Under the pieces are notes generated by a model. It did not search any database and was not told where the DNA came from. It saw nothing but the letters and a program-made list of their open reading frames with translations. From contig CAIMWD010000039.1 of assembly GCA_903845085.1 (NCBI GenBank), forward strand, positions 1 through 51,311: a stretch of DNA of 51,311 bases. The letters are read 5' to 3'. Numbering within the stretch: position 1 is the stretch's first letter; the number at the start of each line of letters is the position of its first letter. A program made the position numbers and the translations under genes. The stretch comes from an uncultured Acidimicrobiaceae bacterium. GTDB lineage: Bacteria; Actinomycetota; Acidimicrobiia; Acidimicrobiales; Bog-793. Positions 8,713-18,398 of this stretch are shown piece by piece.

Positions 8713-9663
8713 TTAGTCGTCGTCCAAAGTGGCGGTCATCACGTTGCTCGGTTCCGCGAGTACCCGATCTGGTGAGGGCTCCGTGGTCGGCTCGACGAAG
8801 AGGCGGCCCTGTGATCGTCGTACCCGAACGCCACCGGTGATCTCACAGGCCAGCACCTCACCGCGAACTACCGCAAGGACCCGTTCGATCGCCCGTGCGT
8901 CTGGCACATACCCCTCTGGTGACCAATCGCGGAGCATGGTGCGCAGCGCACGACGCGAAAGTGCGGGTGGGGCGCTGCGGAGCGCGCCCACATCACCGGG
9001 ATCGATCGCCGCAGCGAGCTCATCGAGAAGGGTTGACTCATCGTGCAAAAGTTCACTCTGTCGTGCGAGCAGTGGGATGAGGTCGCGACCAGCGATCTCG
9101 CCCATCAGTGGCAACAGCTCGTGTCGCACACGGTTACGCACGAAGGCAGGATCCTCATTTGAGGGATCCTCCACAAGATCGATCCGTAGCGATCGCGCAA
9201 AACGCTGCGTCTCCTCACGACGAATTTCAAGGATCGGATGACGTGGTCCCGGCTGCATACCCGCAAGACCATCACGGGCCGCACCGCGGAGCAGGTTGAT
9301 GATCATCGTCTCCGCTCGATCATCCGCGGTATGGCCGAGAGCGACCTCGGGCGGGAGCACGCCATGGCGTAGCCGACGTGCGCGCGCCTCGAGGTTAGGG
9401 CCGGGCGCACAGGCAACGACGAGCGGAACAAATGCGGCGCCGAGATATTCGGCCGCCCGAGCGACGACTCCGGCCTCCCCCTGCGAGCCAGCTCTGATCT
9501 GATGATCGACGTGGTACGCGGTCACCTTGCAGCCATGCGCGATCGCCAGCGCCATCAGTGTGACCGAATCAGCTCCGCCAGAGACCGCACAGTCGAGTGG
9601 TGATCCAGCGGGAGGAAAGTGACAGCGCGCGAGTAGCTCGGTCGTCGCCTCAGGAAAGAGCAC
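8713..9663 (-). CDS. tilS: tRNA(Ile)-lysidine synthase
   Basis: 'AVSGGADSVTLMAL' PP-loop (SGGxDS). Conserved position upstream of hpt. Confidence 0.88.
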   Translation of the reverse strand: MLFPEATTELLARCHFPPAGSPLDCAVSGGADSVTLMALAIAHGCKVTAYHVDHQIRAGSQGEAGVVARAAEYLGAAFVPLVVACAPGPNLEARARRLRHGVLPPEVALGHTADDRAETMIINLLRGAARDGLAGMQPGPRHPILEIRREETQRFARSLRIDLVEDPSNEDPAFVRNRVRHELLPLMGEIAGRDLIPLLARQSELLHDESTLLDELAAAIDPGDVGALRSAPPALSRRALRTMLRDWSPEGYVPDARAIERVLAVVRGEVLACEITGGVRVRRSQGRLFVEPTTEPSPDRVLAEPSNVMTATLDDD

Positions 9664-10753
9664 GCGCGCTGCTCCCTCCGTGCGCGGCTCCCGTCATCCG
9701 TGCGGTCCATCGCGCAGGTGTGGAGATCTCCTCGCTGGTGGGGAGGTTCTCGGGACGCTCCCAGAGTCGAGCGAGCATCGGTTCGCCACACTCTGCCACC
9801 ACCGCATCCAAGAAGGCGTGACCCTCTCGGTACTGTCGCAACTTTGCCTCAAAACCCAACGCCTGCTGGAGCAGTCGTGCTACTGGAGAGGCATGTCGTC
9901 GACGGTCATCGAGCACTCGAGCAAATCGATCTGCCGAGGGAACAAGATCGGGGGCGACGCGTGACATCACGTATTCAGCGTGACCCTCCATAAGACTCAT
10001 CATCGCCTGCGCCTCGCGCATGACCGTGAGCAGCTCCGGACCGGCGAGCATTGCGGCGACGCCTCCCTCAGCGAGGGGGTTCTCTCCCCGTGCAAGCGCC
10101 TCGCGTGCACGCGACAGCGCGACCGTCATCGCCTTTTGATCGAATGATCCAAGTCGTGCGGCGCGACCGACAAGGTCGAGGAAGTGGTCGCGCATCCAGG
10201 GCACCCCTGCGAACTGCAGGTGATGCGTCACCTCATGCAGCGCGATCCAGCGGCGAAACTCCTCCGAGGGAAAACCGTTGCGCCGCTCTATGCCATAGAT
10301 GTTGGGCGCGAGGTAGTAGATCGCCTGCTGACCCTCGCCGAGCATGTCGTACTGACCAAGAACTCGCTGGGAGAGCCAGGAGAACATCAGCCCCAGCTCC
10401 ACCCCCGAGCTGGTGCGGGTGAAGGCGTTCGCGGAGCCAGCGAGTGCCGTTGGCAGCTCAATTTGACCCATCAAGTTCGCAAGGGAGTCGATATTCGCCT
10501 CTACCCAAGCAGCACGCCCCATGACGCGAACCGGCGGCGCGCCGGTCGCGACCGAGAGACCGGTAAAGACGCTGACGCGCTCATAGGCGAGCTCGGTCGC
10601 ATCGTCAAAGTCACGGGTGAGAAGTCCCATCGCGCCACCCGGGAGGACGACGCTGTAGTGCAGCGCTCCACGGGCCGTGCGCTTTGCTCGATCAAAATCG
10701 ATGAAGGGATCACCCCTCTGGTGATTATTTCGCTCCGCGCTGGTTCTCATCAC
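9650..10753 (-). CDS. zinc-dependent metalloprotease (DUF2342-like, actinobacterial tilS neighbour)
   Basis: 'ALHEVTHHLQF' HExxH motif. 367 aa, located upstream of tilS as in other actinobacteria. Confidence 0.78.
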   Translation of the reverse strand: MMRTSAERNNHQRGDPFIDFDRAKRTARGALHYSVVLPGGAMGLLTRDFDDATELAYERVSVFTGLSVATGAPPVRVMGRAAWVEANIDSLANLMGQIELPTALAGSANAFTRTSSGVELGLMFSWLSQRVLGQYDMLGEGQQAIYYLAPNIYGIERRNGFPSEEFRRWIALHEVTHHLQFAGVPWMRDHFLDLVGRAARLGSFDQKAMTVALSRAREALARGENPLAEGGVAAMLAGPELLTVMREAQAMMSLMEGHAEYVMSRVAPDLVPSADRFARVLDDRRRHASPVARLLQQALGFEAKLRQYREGHAFLDAVVAECGEPMLARLWERPENLPTSEEISTPARWTARMTGAAHGGSSARALS

Positions 10754-10885
10754 GGCCTGAGCCTACGTCGCGGAGCCGTAGCGAACACCGCGATCACCTC
10801 ACCAAGCGCGCCATGATGCCGGATCCAAAACGCGGCGTGCCAACGGGGGAAAAATGCACCCTGTGATCGAGCAATCCCGGCCACC

Positions 10886-11212
10886 TCAGTGTGCCGAGGC
10901 GTTGCCCTCGCGCCGAGGTCCCGCACCATCGGCAGAACTCGCGTTGTCCAGCTCATGGTTTATGAGACGGGCGATCCGTTCGCGGAGATCCTTTGGAACC
11001 TCCTCACGACAACGATCGGCGACGACCTGTCGTAGCTCCACCTCAAATCGTTTGACCGAGTCACAGGGCTGACACTGGCTGAGATGCGTCTCAATCACGC
11101 GACGCTTCTCCTCGGTGAGTTCGCCGTCTAAGAAGTGATAGATCTCGTGGATCGTCTCCTCACAGGCGTTGAACTCGAATGGGTTTACTGATGGCGCGGG
11201 GTCTGAACTCAT
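10886..11212 (-). CDS. rsrA: ZAS-family redox-sensing anti-sigma factor (RsrA/RshA type)
   Basis: 'FNACEETIHEIYHFLDGEL ... THLSQCQPC ... DRC': N-terminal Cys plus an H-x3-C-x2-C zinc motif. Lies 50 nt downstream of the ECF sigma gene. Confidence 0.85.
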   Translation of the reverse strand: MSSDPAPSVNPFEFNACEETIHEIYHFLDGELTEEKRRVIETHLSQCQPCDSVKRFEVELRQVVADRCREEVPKDLRERIARLINHELDNASSADGAGPRREGNASAH

Positions 11213-11261
11213 ACCGAGGGAACCTCCTCAGGTAGCCGTGCGAGCGAGAACGTGGTGGCGT

Positions 11262-11810
11262 TCATGCGCTTGCTCCATTTTCTACGCGATGTTTCACAAA
11301 ATCCGCAAGCGCTCGCTCGAGTGCCGCGCGTCCGCGCGAGAGTCGGCTCATTACCGTGCCGATGGGGACCTCGGTGATCTCGGCGATCTCCTTATAGGAG
11401 AACCCCTCCACGTCAGCGAGCAACACTGCATTTCGGTTCTGCTCAGGCAGTGACTCGAGGGCCATCTTGACCTCGATATCGGTGAAGTGCTCGAGCGCAG
11501 AGTCCTCTGCGCTCGGCGAGCCGAGTTCGCGGAAGAGCGCAAGGCGTTCAATGTCATCGACCCCGATCTCATCGGGACGGCGCTGACGGGTCCGGTAGAG
11601 GTTGATGTAGCTATTGGTCATGATGCGAAAGAGCCAGGCGCGAAGGTTCGTCCCCTCCGTAAAGCTGGCGTAACTGCGAAAGCCCTTTAGAAAGGTCTCC
11701 TGCAAGAGATCCTCCGCATCGGGAGGGTTTCGCGTCATCCGCAGTGCGTAGGCATAGAGCGAATCGGCGTAGACCATCGCCTCCTCACCAAAACGCGATT
11801 GGTCGGCCAT
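11262..11810 (-). CDS. sigH: ECF sigma factor, SigR/SigH type
   Basis: Region 2 'DAEDLLQETFLKGF ... NLRAWLFRIMTNSYINLYR' and region 4 'FSYKEIAEITEVPIGTVMSRLSRGR'. Paired with the ZAS anti-sigma factor. Confidence 0.85.
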   Translation of the reverse strand: MADQSRFGEEAMVYADSLYAYALRMTRNPPDAEDLLQETFLKGFRSYASFTEGTNLRAWLFRIMTNSYINLYRTRQRRPDEIGVDDIERLALFRELGSPSAEDSALEHFTDIEVKMALESLPEQNRNAVLLADVEGFSYKEIAEITEVPIGTVMSRLSRGRAALERALADFVKHRVENGASA

Positions 11811-11846
11811 GAATCGAGACTAGCGACTCACCGACGCAATAGTGAC

Positions 11847-13295
11847 CTACCACTCACCCTTGTGATCGGGGATGACAAAGACAAGTGGCGTAGCGATCAG
11901 CGTCATCACGATCGCAAAGACCCAAAATATATGCGCCTGCATGAGCCCCGGGTGGCTCGCACGGTTCAAAATTGCCGTCGCGATCGAGACGGCAAAGATG
12001 CCACCCGACTGACGAAACATGCCGCGCAGCCCAGCGATCGCCGCTACCTGATCGGTCGCTAGCTGCATTATCGCGTTGTTTGAGGCGGGCGCAGAGATAC
12101 CGGTGCCAAGTCCGGAGATCGCTGCGCTCACGCTCAGCCAGACATACGCGTCAATGCCGAATCGGGGAGCGACCGACATCATCAAAAGTCCCAGGGTGAT
12201 GAGCGTAAACCCAACGATCATGGGAAGCCGGTAGCCGGTCTTTCGCAACATCATGGAGGCCGCGGCGGCGACCAAGATCATCCCGACACCTCGAGCGGTG
12301 AGCAAGGTACCCGAATCGAGGCGCGAGAGATGGAACCGGTCCACCGCGTAGAGGGGAACCAGCGCCGAGAAACCGAGCGCCGCGGTGCCATAGAGGAAAT
12401 TCAAGAAATTCATCACGGCAAAGCCGCGACCCTTCAGCAGTCGCATCGGAATAAAGGGATCTGGGTCGCGCTGTGTATGACGGATGAAACGCCAGAGGAA
12501 GAGCGCAGCCAGCGCCTCAGGAACGAGAAAGGTCGGCGCCAGCGGACTCGCGCCGACCGATCCGAGCGAGGTAATACCAAACATCGCGGTGAGGATGACG
12601 AGACCCAAAAGCACCACTCCTCGCAGATCGGTGCGACGTGAGGTGGGCTCCCTTGTCGTTTCCGGAATGTGCTTTATGGCAAGAAAGAAGAGCAGGATTC
12701 CGATCGGTACATTGATAAAGAAGATGCCACGCCAGGTCCAAAAGGTCACAAAGAGACCACCAAAAATAGGGCCGATGATCCCGCCGATAGGGAAGATGCT
12801 GGTGAAGAGTCCCAGCGCACGATCGCGATCGCGACCAAAACGATCAGCCACGATCCCCGTCGCGCTCGGCATAAATGCACCACCACCGATCGACTGCACG
12901 ACACGCAGACCGACCAGCATGTAGATATCCGTGGAAAAACCACAGATGAGCGAACTTACGGTGAAGAGCACAATCGCAAAGGTAAAGACCCGCTTACGTC
13001 CAAACTGATCGGATATCTTCCCCGCGAGCGGCATCGCAAGGATCGAACCCAACTGATAGATCGTGATCGCCCAGCCGGCCCAGTTAATCGTCGCATGGAG
13101 GTCGCCATCGATCGTGTGCAGTGCCGTCGCGACGATGGTGGCGTCCATCGAACTCATAAAGAGTGCGACTGCACAGATGGAGAAGATGGTGCCGCGCGAG
13201 GCACCCACATGATCGTCCTCGCGCATCACCGCGAGTCGACGTCGTGGTGACATTGCGCTGGCGACCACGGGGGGCTGCTCTGCCTCAGTTGCCAT
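11847..13295 (-). CDS. MFS transporter, DHA2 (14-TMS, EmrB/QacA-like) drug:H+ antiporter family
   Basis: 482 aa and about 14 hydrophobic segments. 'LAGKISDQFGRKRVF' MFS loop 2-3 motif. Confidence 0.85.
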   Translation of the reverse strand: MATEAEQPPVVASAMSPRRRLAVMREDDHVGASRGTIFSICAVALFMSSMDATIVATALHTIDGDLHATINWAGWAITIYQLGSILAMPLAGKISDQFGRKRVFTFAIVLFTVSSLICGFSTDIYMLVGLRVVQSIGGGAFMPSATGIVADRFGRDRDRALGLFTSIFPIGGIIGPIFGGLFVTFWTWRGIFFINVPIGILLFFLAIKHIPETTREPTSRRTDLRGVVLLGLVILTAMFGITSLGSVGASPLAPTFLVPEALAALFLWRFIRHTQRDPDPFIPMRLLKGRGFAVMNFLNFLYGTAALGFSALVPLYAVDRFHLSRLDSGTLLTARGVGMILVAAAASMMLRKTGYRLPMIVGFTLITLGLLMMSVAPRFGIDAYVWLSVSAAISGLGTGISAPASNNAIMQLATDQVAAIAGLRGMFRQSGGIFAVSIATAILNRASHPGLMQAHIFWVFAIVMTLIATPLVFVIPDHKGEW

Positions 13296-13552
13296 CGGTC
13301 ACTCACACTCACCGGGGGTGAAGGTTCTGCTCAGCAATGTCTCCGCAGGCGCTGCATGACAATGCCCTGCACCTTGGCGAGGAATACTGCACCTCTCGCC
13401 AAATAGGGCGGAGTGGGTGAGCAAAAGCACTTCCTTACCCTACCTAAATACCGCTAATCTCACTACGGGGGCACCATGAGACACGGCGCAAGACGATCCG
13501 CTTCGCCGCGGTCGTTTAACGTACGTGTCGTCTTTGACTGAGGAGGGGCCCC

Positions 13553-15148
13553 ATGGCCGAGCAGTATCAGGTAGCAATTATTGGTGGCGGGCCGGTGGGC
13601 GTGTCACTCGCCATCGATCTCGGAATGCGCGGAATCAAGGTTGCGGTACTTGAGCGACACCGCGATGTGGGTCGGATCCCAAAGGGTCAGGGCCTTACCT
13701 TCCGGACCCTTGAACACTTCTACTTTTGGGGCTGTGTCGACGAGATCCGCAGGGCGCGTCTCCTCCCCCCCGGTTACAAGATCGGTGGCGTGCTCATCTA
13801 TGACAACGCCATGAGCGATTACTGGTATCCCAACAACGAGGCGCGTGCGCTCCTTGACCCCTTTTTCTACGAGAAGAATGAGCGCCTGCCCCAGTACCTC
13901 ACCGAAGAGGTCGTGCGTGCTCGTGCCGGAGAGCTCGAAAACGTCACCTTCTTCTGGGAGCACACCGTAAAGAACGTCGAGCAGAGCGAGGATGGAGTCA
14001 CCATTAGCGCCTCCTCGGAGGTCTGGCCCTACGAGGATATGGAGATCGCGGCAGATTACGCCGTCGGCTGTGATGGCACTCGTTCGATCACGAATGCGAA
14101 GCAGGGAATCGAGCGACACGGCACCAACCTCGGGTACCGGATGTGCCTCACCGTCTTTAAATCCGATGAACTCAACGTTGCTCTCGAACGCTTTGGCGAG
14201 AAGACCACCTTCCTCATCTTGAACGAGCGATATCAGGGGGCCTGGCAGTTCTTCGGCCGCGTCGGTGTCGAAGCAGGTACCTTCTTCTTTCACGCACCGG
14301 TCGATCCCGATCTCACACCAAAGGACACCGACAGGGTGCTCGCCACGATGCATGAGGCAGCGGGTATGACCTTCGACGCTCAGTTCGAGCACCTCGGTTT
14401 TTGGAACTTGGCTATCGAGGTCGCCGACACCTACCGCAAGAACCGGGTCTTTATCGCTGGCGATGCCGCACACAGCCATCCTCCCTACGGAGGCCACGGA
14501 CTCAATTCCGGCCTCGAGGACGTCACCAACCTTGGCTGGAAGCTCGGTGCGATCTTCGAGGGCTGGGGATCTGAGGCGCTGCTCGATACCTACACCGAGG
14601 AGCGTCGCCCAGTCTTCCTCCAGACCGGTGAGGAAGTGATCGCTGGTGGTGTGCAGCGCGATGGTGCTTGGCTCAGCGCGCACAATCCCGAGCGTGACCG
14701 CGAGGACTTCGAGCGTGCCTGGCAGCAGCGGATCGAGGATGCCACCAAGCCGTGGCCCTACGAGGTCAACTACCAGGGCTCATCGATCGTGGTCGGCGCT
14801 GAGGGTGCACCGGGCGTGCACGGTGAGTACGAGCATCCCGCGCGTGCAGGTCATCACCTCTCTCCCTGCACCTTGACGGACGGCTCCAACATCTACCACC
14901 ACCTCCGCATCGATCGTTTCACCCTGCTCGCGCTCGACGCTGACGAGGCGCGAGTCGCAGCAATTATCGCAGCGGCAGATGAGCGCAACATTCCGCTCAC
15001 TGTGATCCATGACACCGCAGAGGGCGACCGGACGAAGTACGAGACGGGGCTTATCTTGATCCGTCCGGATCAGTTTGTGGCATGGGCAGAACGTGAGGGC
15101 GAGGTCGACTCCGCGACGCTCATGGACACCGTGATCGCTCGCGCCTAG
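13553..15148 (+). CDS. FAD-dependent aromatic-ring monooxygenase (PheA/TfdB-type, with C-terminal thioredoxin-like domain)
   Basis: 'VAIIGGGPVGVSLAIDLGMRGIKVAVLER' (GxGxxG), 'DYAVGCDGTRS', 'FIAGDAAHSHPPYGGHGLNSGLEDVTNLGWKL' flavin hydroxylase motifs. Shine-Dalgarno GAGGAGGGG upstream. Confidence 0.85.
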   Translation: MAEQYQVAIIGGGPVGVSLAIDLGMRGIKVAVLERHRDVGRIPKGQGLTFRTLEHFYFWGCVDEIRRARLLPPGYKIGGVLIYDNAMSDYWYPNNEARALLDPFFYEKNERLPQYLTEEVVRARAGELENVTFFWEHTVKNVEQSEDGVTISASSEVWPYEDMEIAADYAVGCDGTRSITNAKQGIERHGTNLGYRMCLTVFKSDELNVALERFGEKTTFLILNERYQGAWQFFGRVGVEAGTFFFHAPVDPDLTPKDTDRVLATMHEAAGMTFDAQFEHLGFWNLAIEVADTYRKNRVFIAGDAAHSHPPYGGHGLNSGLEDVTNLGWKLGAIFEGWGSEALLDTYTEERRPVFLQTGEEVIAGGVQRDGAWLSAHNPERDREDFERAWQQRIEDATKPWPYEVNYQGSSIVVGAEGAPGVHGEYEHPARAGHHLSPCTLTDGSNIYHHLRIDRFTLLALDADEARVAAIIAAADERNIPLTVIHDTAEGDRTKYETGLILIRPDQFVAWAEREGEVDSATLMDTVIARA

Positions 15149-15189
15149 CGACCGACCGTGTGGTGCACCAACGCACCCCATCGATGCAA

Positions 15190-15225
15190 CAACGCCCCGA
15201 ACCGGCCCTCCGGTTCGGGGCGTTG
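15190..15225. terminator. 16-bp perfect GC-rich hairpin between convergent genes (likely bidirectional terminator)
   Basis: caacgccccgaaccgg / ccggttcggggcgttg with loop ccct. Lies between the monooxygenase stop (15148) and the ahcY stop (15300). No clear U-tract. Confidence 0.6.
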
Positions 15226-15299
15226 CCATCGGTGAATTATGCGAGCACAACCGATCTCGGCGCGCGAACCACCGAGAGGGAAGGACTCGTTCGCGACCC

Positions 15300-16739
15300 T
15301 TAGTAGCGATACATCTCCGGCTTGTAGGGGCCATCGGGCGATACACCGATGTACGCCGCCTGGCGCTCCGTGAGACGGGTGAGCTCCACGCCGAGCGCGT
15401 CGAGGTGCAGACGCGCGACCTTCTCATCGAGGAGCTTGGGCAGCACATAGACGCCGATGGGATACTCATCGCGCTTGGTGAATAGTTCGATCTGTGCGAT
15501 CGTCTGATTGGTGAAGGAGTTCGACATTACAAAGCTCGGGTGTCCTGTCGCATTTCCTAAGTTGAGAAGGCGTCCCTCGCTCAAGACGATGATCGCGTGT
15601 CCGTCAGGAAATACCCACTTGTCGACCTGGGGCTTTATGTTGATGCGCTCGATTCCCGGGTAGGCAGCGAGGCCTGCCATATCGATCTCATTGTCGAAGT
15701 GACCGATGTTGCCGACGATCGCCTGATGCTTCATCTTCGCCATGTGATCGACGGTGATGATGTCGAGATTTCCCGTTGCCGTTACGAAGATATCGACCAG
15801 ACCGACGACAGATTCGATGCTCTTCACCTCATATCCCTCCATCGCTGCCTGCAGCGCACAGATGGGGTCGATCTCCGCCACGATGACGCGCGCTCCCTGA
15901 CCGCGGAGTGAGTCGGCACAGCCCTTGCCGACATCGCCGAATCCGACAACGAGTGCCACCTTTCCACCGATCATCACATCCGTCGCACGGTTGATGCCAT
16001 CGATCAGTGAGTGGCGACAGCCATAGAGGTTGTCGAACTTTGACTTTGTCACAGAGTCATTCACATTGATCGCCGGGAAGAGGAGCTGATCCTCGCGGAA
16101 CATCTCGTAGAGACGGTGCACACCAGTCGTCGTCTCCTCAGTAACGCCAACAATTCCCTTTGCGATCTCGCTCCAGCGTCTGCCGTCCTCAGCAAGTGAA
16201 CGCTGCAGGAGCGAGAGGACCACAGCAAACTCCTCAGAGTCTGCGGTGGATGGGTCTGGCACCACGCCGGCACGCTCAAACTCTGCTCCCTTGTGCACGA
16301 GCATCGTGGCATCGCCACCATCATCGAGGATCATGTTGGGACCACCACCGTCGGGCCAGCAGAGCACCTGCTCGGTGCACCACCAGTACTCCTCCAGACT
16401 CTCGCCCTTCCAGGCAAAGACCGGGACACCCGCGGGAGATTCAGGCGATCCCTCTCCTACGACGATCGCCGCGGCTGCGTGATCTTGGGTGGAAAAGATA
16501 TTGCAGCTGGCCCAACGCACATCCGCGCCGAGTGCAACAAGAGTCTCAATCAAAACCGCGGTCTGAATCGTCATGTGTAGTGATCCTGAGATCCTCGCGC
16601 CAGCGAGGGGTTGAATGGGACCGAACTCAGCACGCATCGCCATGAGGCCGGGCATCTCGTTCTCCGCGAGCTCGATCTCTTTGCGCCCAAATGCTGCGAG
16701 CGAAAGGTCAGCGACCTTGAAGTCAGGGGTGGTTGTCAT
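15300..16739 (-). CDS. ahcY: adenosylhomocysteinase
   Basis: '[28 protein letters not shown]', '[15 protein letters not shown]', '[20 protein letters not shown]', 'GFGDVGKG', C-terminal '[10 protein letters not shown]'. Confidence 0.95.
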   Translation of the reverse strand: MTTTPDFKVADLSLAAFGRKEIELAENEMPGLMAMRAEFGPIQPLAGARISGSLHMTIQTAVLIETLVALGADVRWASCNIFSTQDHAAAAIVVGEGSPESPAGVPVFAWKGESLEEYWWCTEQVLCWPDGGGPNMILDDGGDATMLVHKGAEFERAGVVPDPSTADSEEFAVVLSLLQRSLAEDGRRWSEIAKGIVGVTEETTTGVHRLYEMFREDQLLFPAINVNDSVTKSKFDNLYGCRHSLIDGINRATDVMIGGKVALVVGFGDVGKGCADSLRGQGARVIVAEIDPICALQAAMEGYEVKSIESVVGLVDIFVTATGNLDIITVDHMAKMKHQAIVGNIGHFDNEIDMAGLAAYPGIERINIKPQVDKWVFPDGHAIIVLSEGRLLNLGNATGHPSFVMSNSFTNQTIAQIELFTKRDEYPIGVYVLPKLLDEKVARLHLDALGVELTRLTERQAAYIGVSPDGPYKPEMYRY

Positions 16740-17012
16740 CTCTCTCCTACGTTCTCTCTGCCAGACGGAATCGATACAGTGCGCTACTCAGATGCACCGC
16801 ATCGTGGTGGGCAGGTTCGCGGACTCGCGATCTCCAAAGCATCGGGCAGGTCAATGGTTGCCTGCCGTGCTCCCGGCTCTCATCATAGGGGTTCAACCCT
16901 GCAAAACTGACACCGCCATCGGCAGATTGTCCGCCCTCCGCGGGGCGGGCGGGCGCTGCGAGATGAGCCCGCTGGGAAGCTGACAAGATGCAGGGGTGTT
17001 CTCAGACCCCGA

Positions 17013-18398
17013 TTGGAGTGCGACGTGAGTGTCCGCGGTATTCGGCTCGTCGGTGACGGGCTTCTCGTTCCCTGCCTCGATGGCAACGAACGTCCCTATG
17101 TCAACCTCGATGCTGCTGCCTCGACCGGTGCACTCCCCGAGGTAGCTACTGCGGTTGAAGAATTTCTCCCTTGGTACTCCAGCGTGCACCGCGGCACCGG
17201 TTTTAAATCTCAACGGTCGACCGCCGCACATGAGTCAGCACGTGAGGCGATCCTTGATTTTGCCGGCCGTTCCAGCACGGATGACATCGCCATTCTCTGT
17301 CGCAATACGACCGAGGCGATCAACCACCTCGCCTATCGGATGCGACTTGATCCCGAGGACACCGTGCTCACCACCGTCGTGGAGCACCACGCGAACCTCC
17401 TGCCCTGGGGCCGCGTGGCACGTCGTCGCTTCATCGAGTGCGATGCGGCGGGCACCTTCACCGCCGCTGAAGTGCGCGCTGCTCTCGAGATATCGCCACG
17501 ACCCAAGCTGCTCGCGATAACTGGTGCCTCTAACGTCTCTGGCTGGCTCCCGGAGATCGAGGAGATCATCTCCATCGCGCACCAATTCGGCGTACCGGTC
17601 CTCGTCGATGCTGCACAGCTCGCGCCACACCGGTCCCTTCCCCGTTCCGCTGACTTTCTCGTCTTTAGTGGTCACAAAATGTACGCACCCTATGGCGCAG
17701 GAGTACTGATCGGTCCGCGCGAGTTCTTCCGGGAGGGCGACCCATTCCTCGCTGGCGGTGGTGCGGTGGAATTAGTCGACCTCGATGAGGTCGTCTGGAA
17801 CGAACCGCCAGATCGCGAGGAGGCAGGTTCACCGAACGTCGTCGGTGCCGTAGCGCTCGGCGCGGCGGCACGGTTCCTGCAGTCGATCGGTATGGGTGCA
17901 ATCCGCGCCCACGATGACGAACTCGCCGCCCAGCTGCGTGGTGGTATCGCAGAGATCCCCGGCCTACGACTTCTGGGTCCCGCGCTGGCGACCGACACCC
18001 TTCCCGTCGCGACCTTTGTGGTCGAGGGCATGCCCCACGCGCTCGTCGCGGCCCGACTGAGCGCGGAGTTCGGCATCGGGGTACGCAACGGCTGTTTCTG
18101 TGCCCACCCCTATCTCGTCCGTCTGCTGGGACTCTCCGATGCAGCGGTAGAGCGCTTTCGTCACGACGCACGCAATCACCTCCGTGCCAACCTGCCCGGA
18201 GCGGTGCGTGCCTCCACGGGAATCTCGACTACCCCGGACGAGGTCGAGACGTTTCTGCGATCTCTCCGCACCATCGCCCACTCCACGTCAACGCCGATCG
18301 CCTACAAGATGGATCCGATCACTGGAGAGTATTGGCCAGCAGAGCTCGACCGCCCCGATGCAGCGATCAGCGCCAACTCCGTCTGTTCGGCGAACTAA
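17013..18398 (+). CDS. class V PLP enzyme, SufS/CsdA-like cysteine desulfurase family
   Basis: PLP-lysine motif 'FSGHKMYAPYGAGVLIG' and 'GVRNGCFCAHPYL', in register with SufS 'RxGHHCAQP'. TTG start at 17013 (GTG at 17025 is also possible). Confidence 0.78.
   Translation: MECDVSVRGIRLVGDGLLVPCLDGNERPYVNLDAAASTGALPEVATAVEEFLPWYSSVHRGTGFKSQRSTAAHESAREAILDFAGRSSTDDIAILCRNTTEAINHLAYRMRLDPEDTVLTTVVEHHANLLPWGRVARRRFIECDAAGTFTAAEVRAALEISPRPKLLAITGASNVSGWLPEIEEIISIAHQFGVPVLVDAAQLAPHRSLPRSADFLVFSGHKMYAPYGAGVLIGPREFFREGDPFLAGGGAVELVDLDEVVWNEPPDREEAGSPNVVGAVALGAAARFLQSIGMGAIRAHDDELAAQLRGGIAEIPGLRLLGPALATDTLPVATFVVEGMPHALVAARLSAEFGIGVRNGCFCAHPYLVRLLGLSDAAVERFRHDARNHLRANLPGAVRASTGISTTPDEVETFLRSLRTIAHSTSTPIAYKMDPITGEYWPAELDRPDAAISANSVCSAN

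Noticed and set aside
11811-11900. Autoregulatory SigR/SigH-type promoter (GGAAT-N18-GTT) upstream of the ECF sigma gene.
   Set aside because: Only 36 nt separate the sigma start from the MFS stop. I could not find the motif in that spacer or in the adjacent 90 nt. The promoter may lie further inside the MFS gene.
13604-14683. 359-aa ORF antisense to the flavin monooxygenase. Similar long antisense ORFs occur at 18395-19543, 20586-22049, 25974-26840, 31795-33144 and 47544-48620.
   Set aside because: All lie opposite genes with clear family motifs. Their translations are Arg/Gly/Asp/His-rich low-information strings with no recognisable motifs. This is the typical stop-codon-poor antisense artefact of high-GC DNA.
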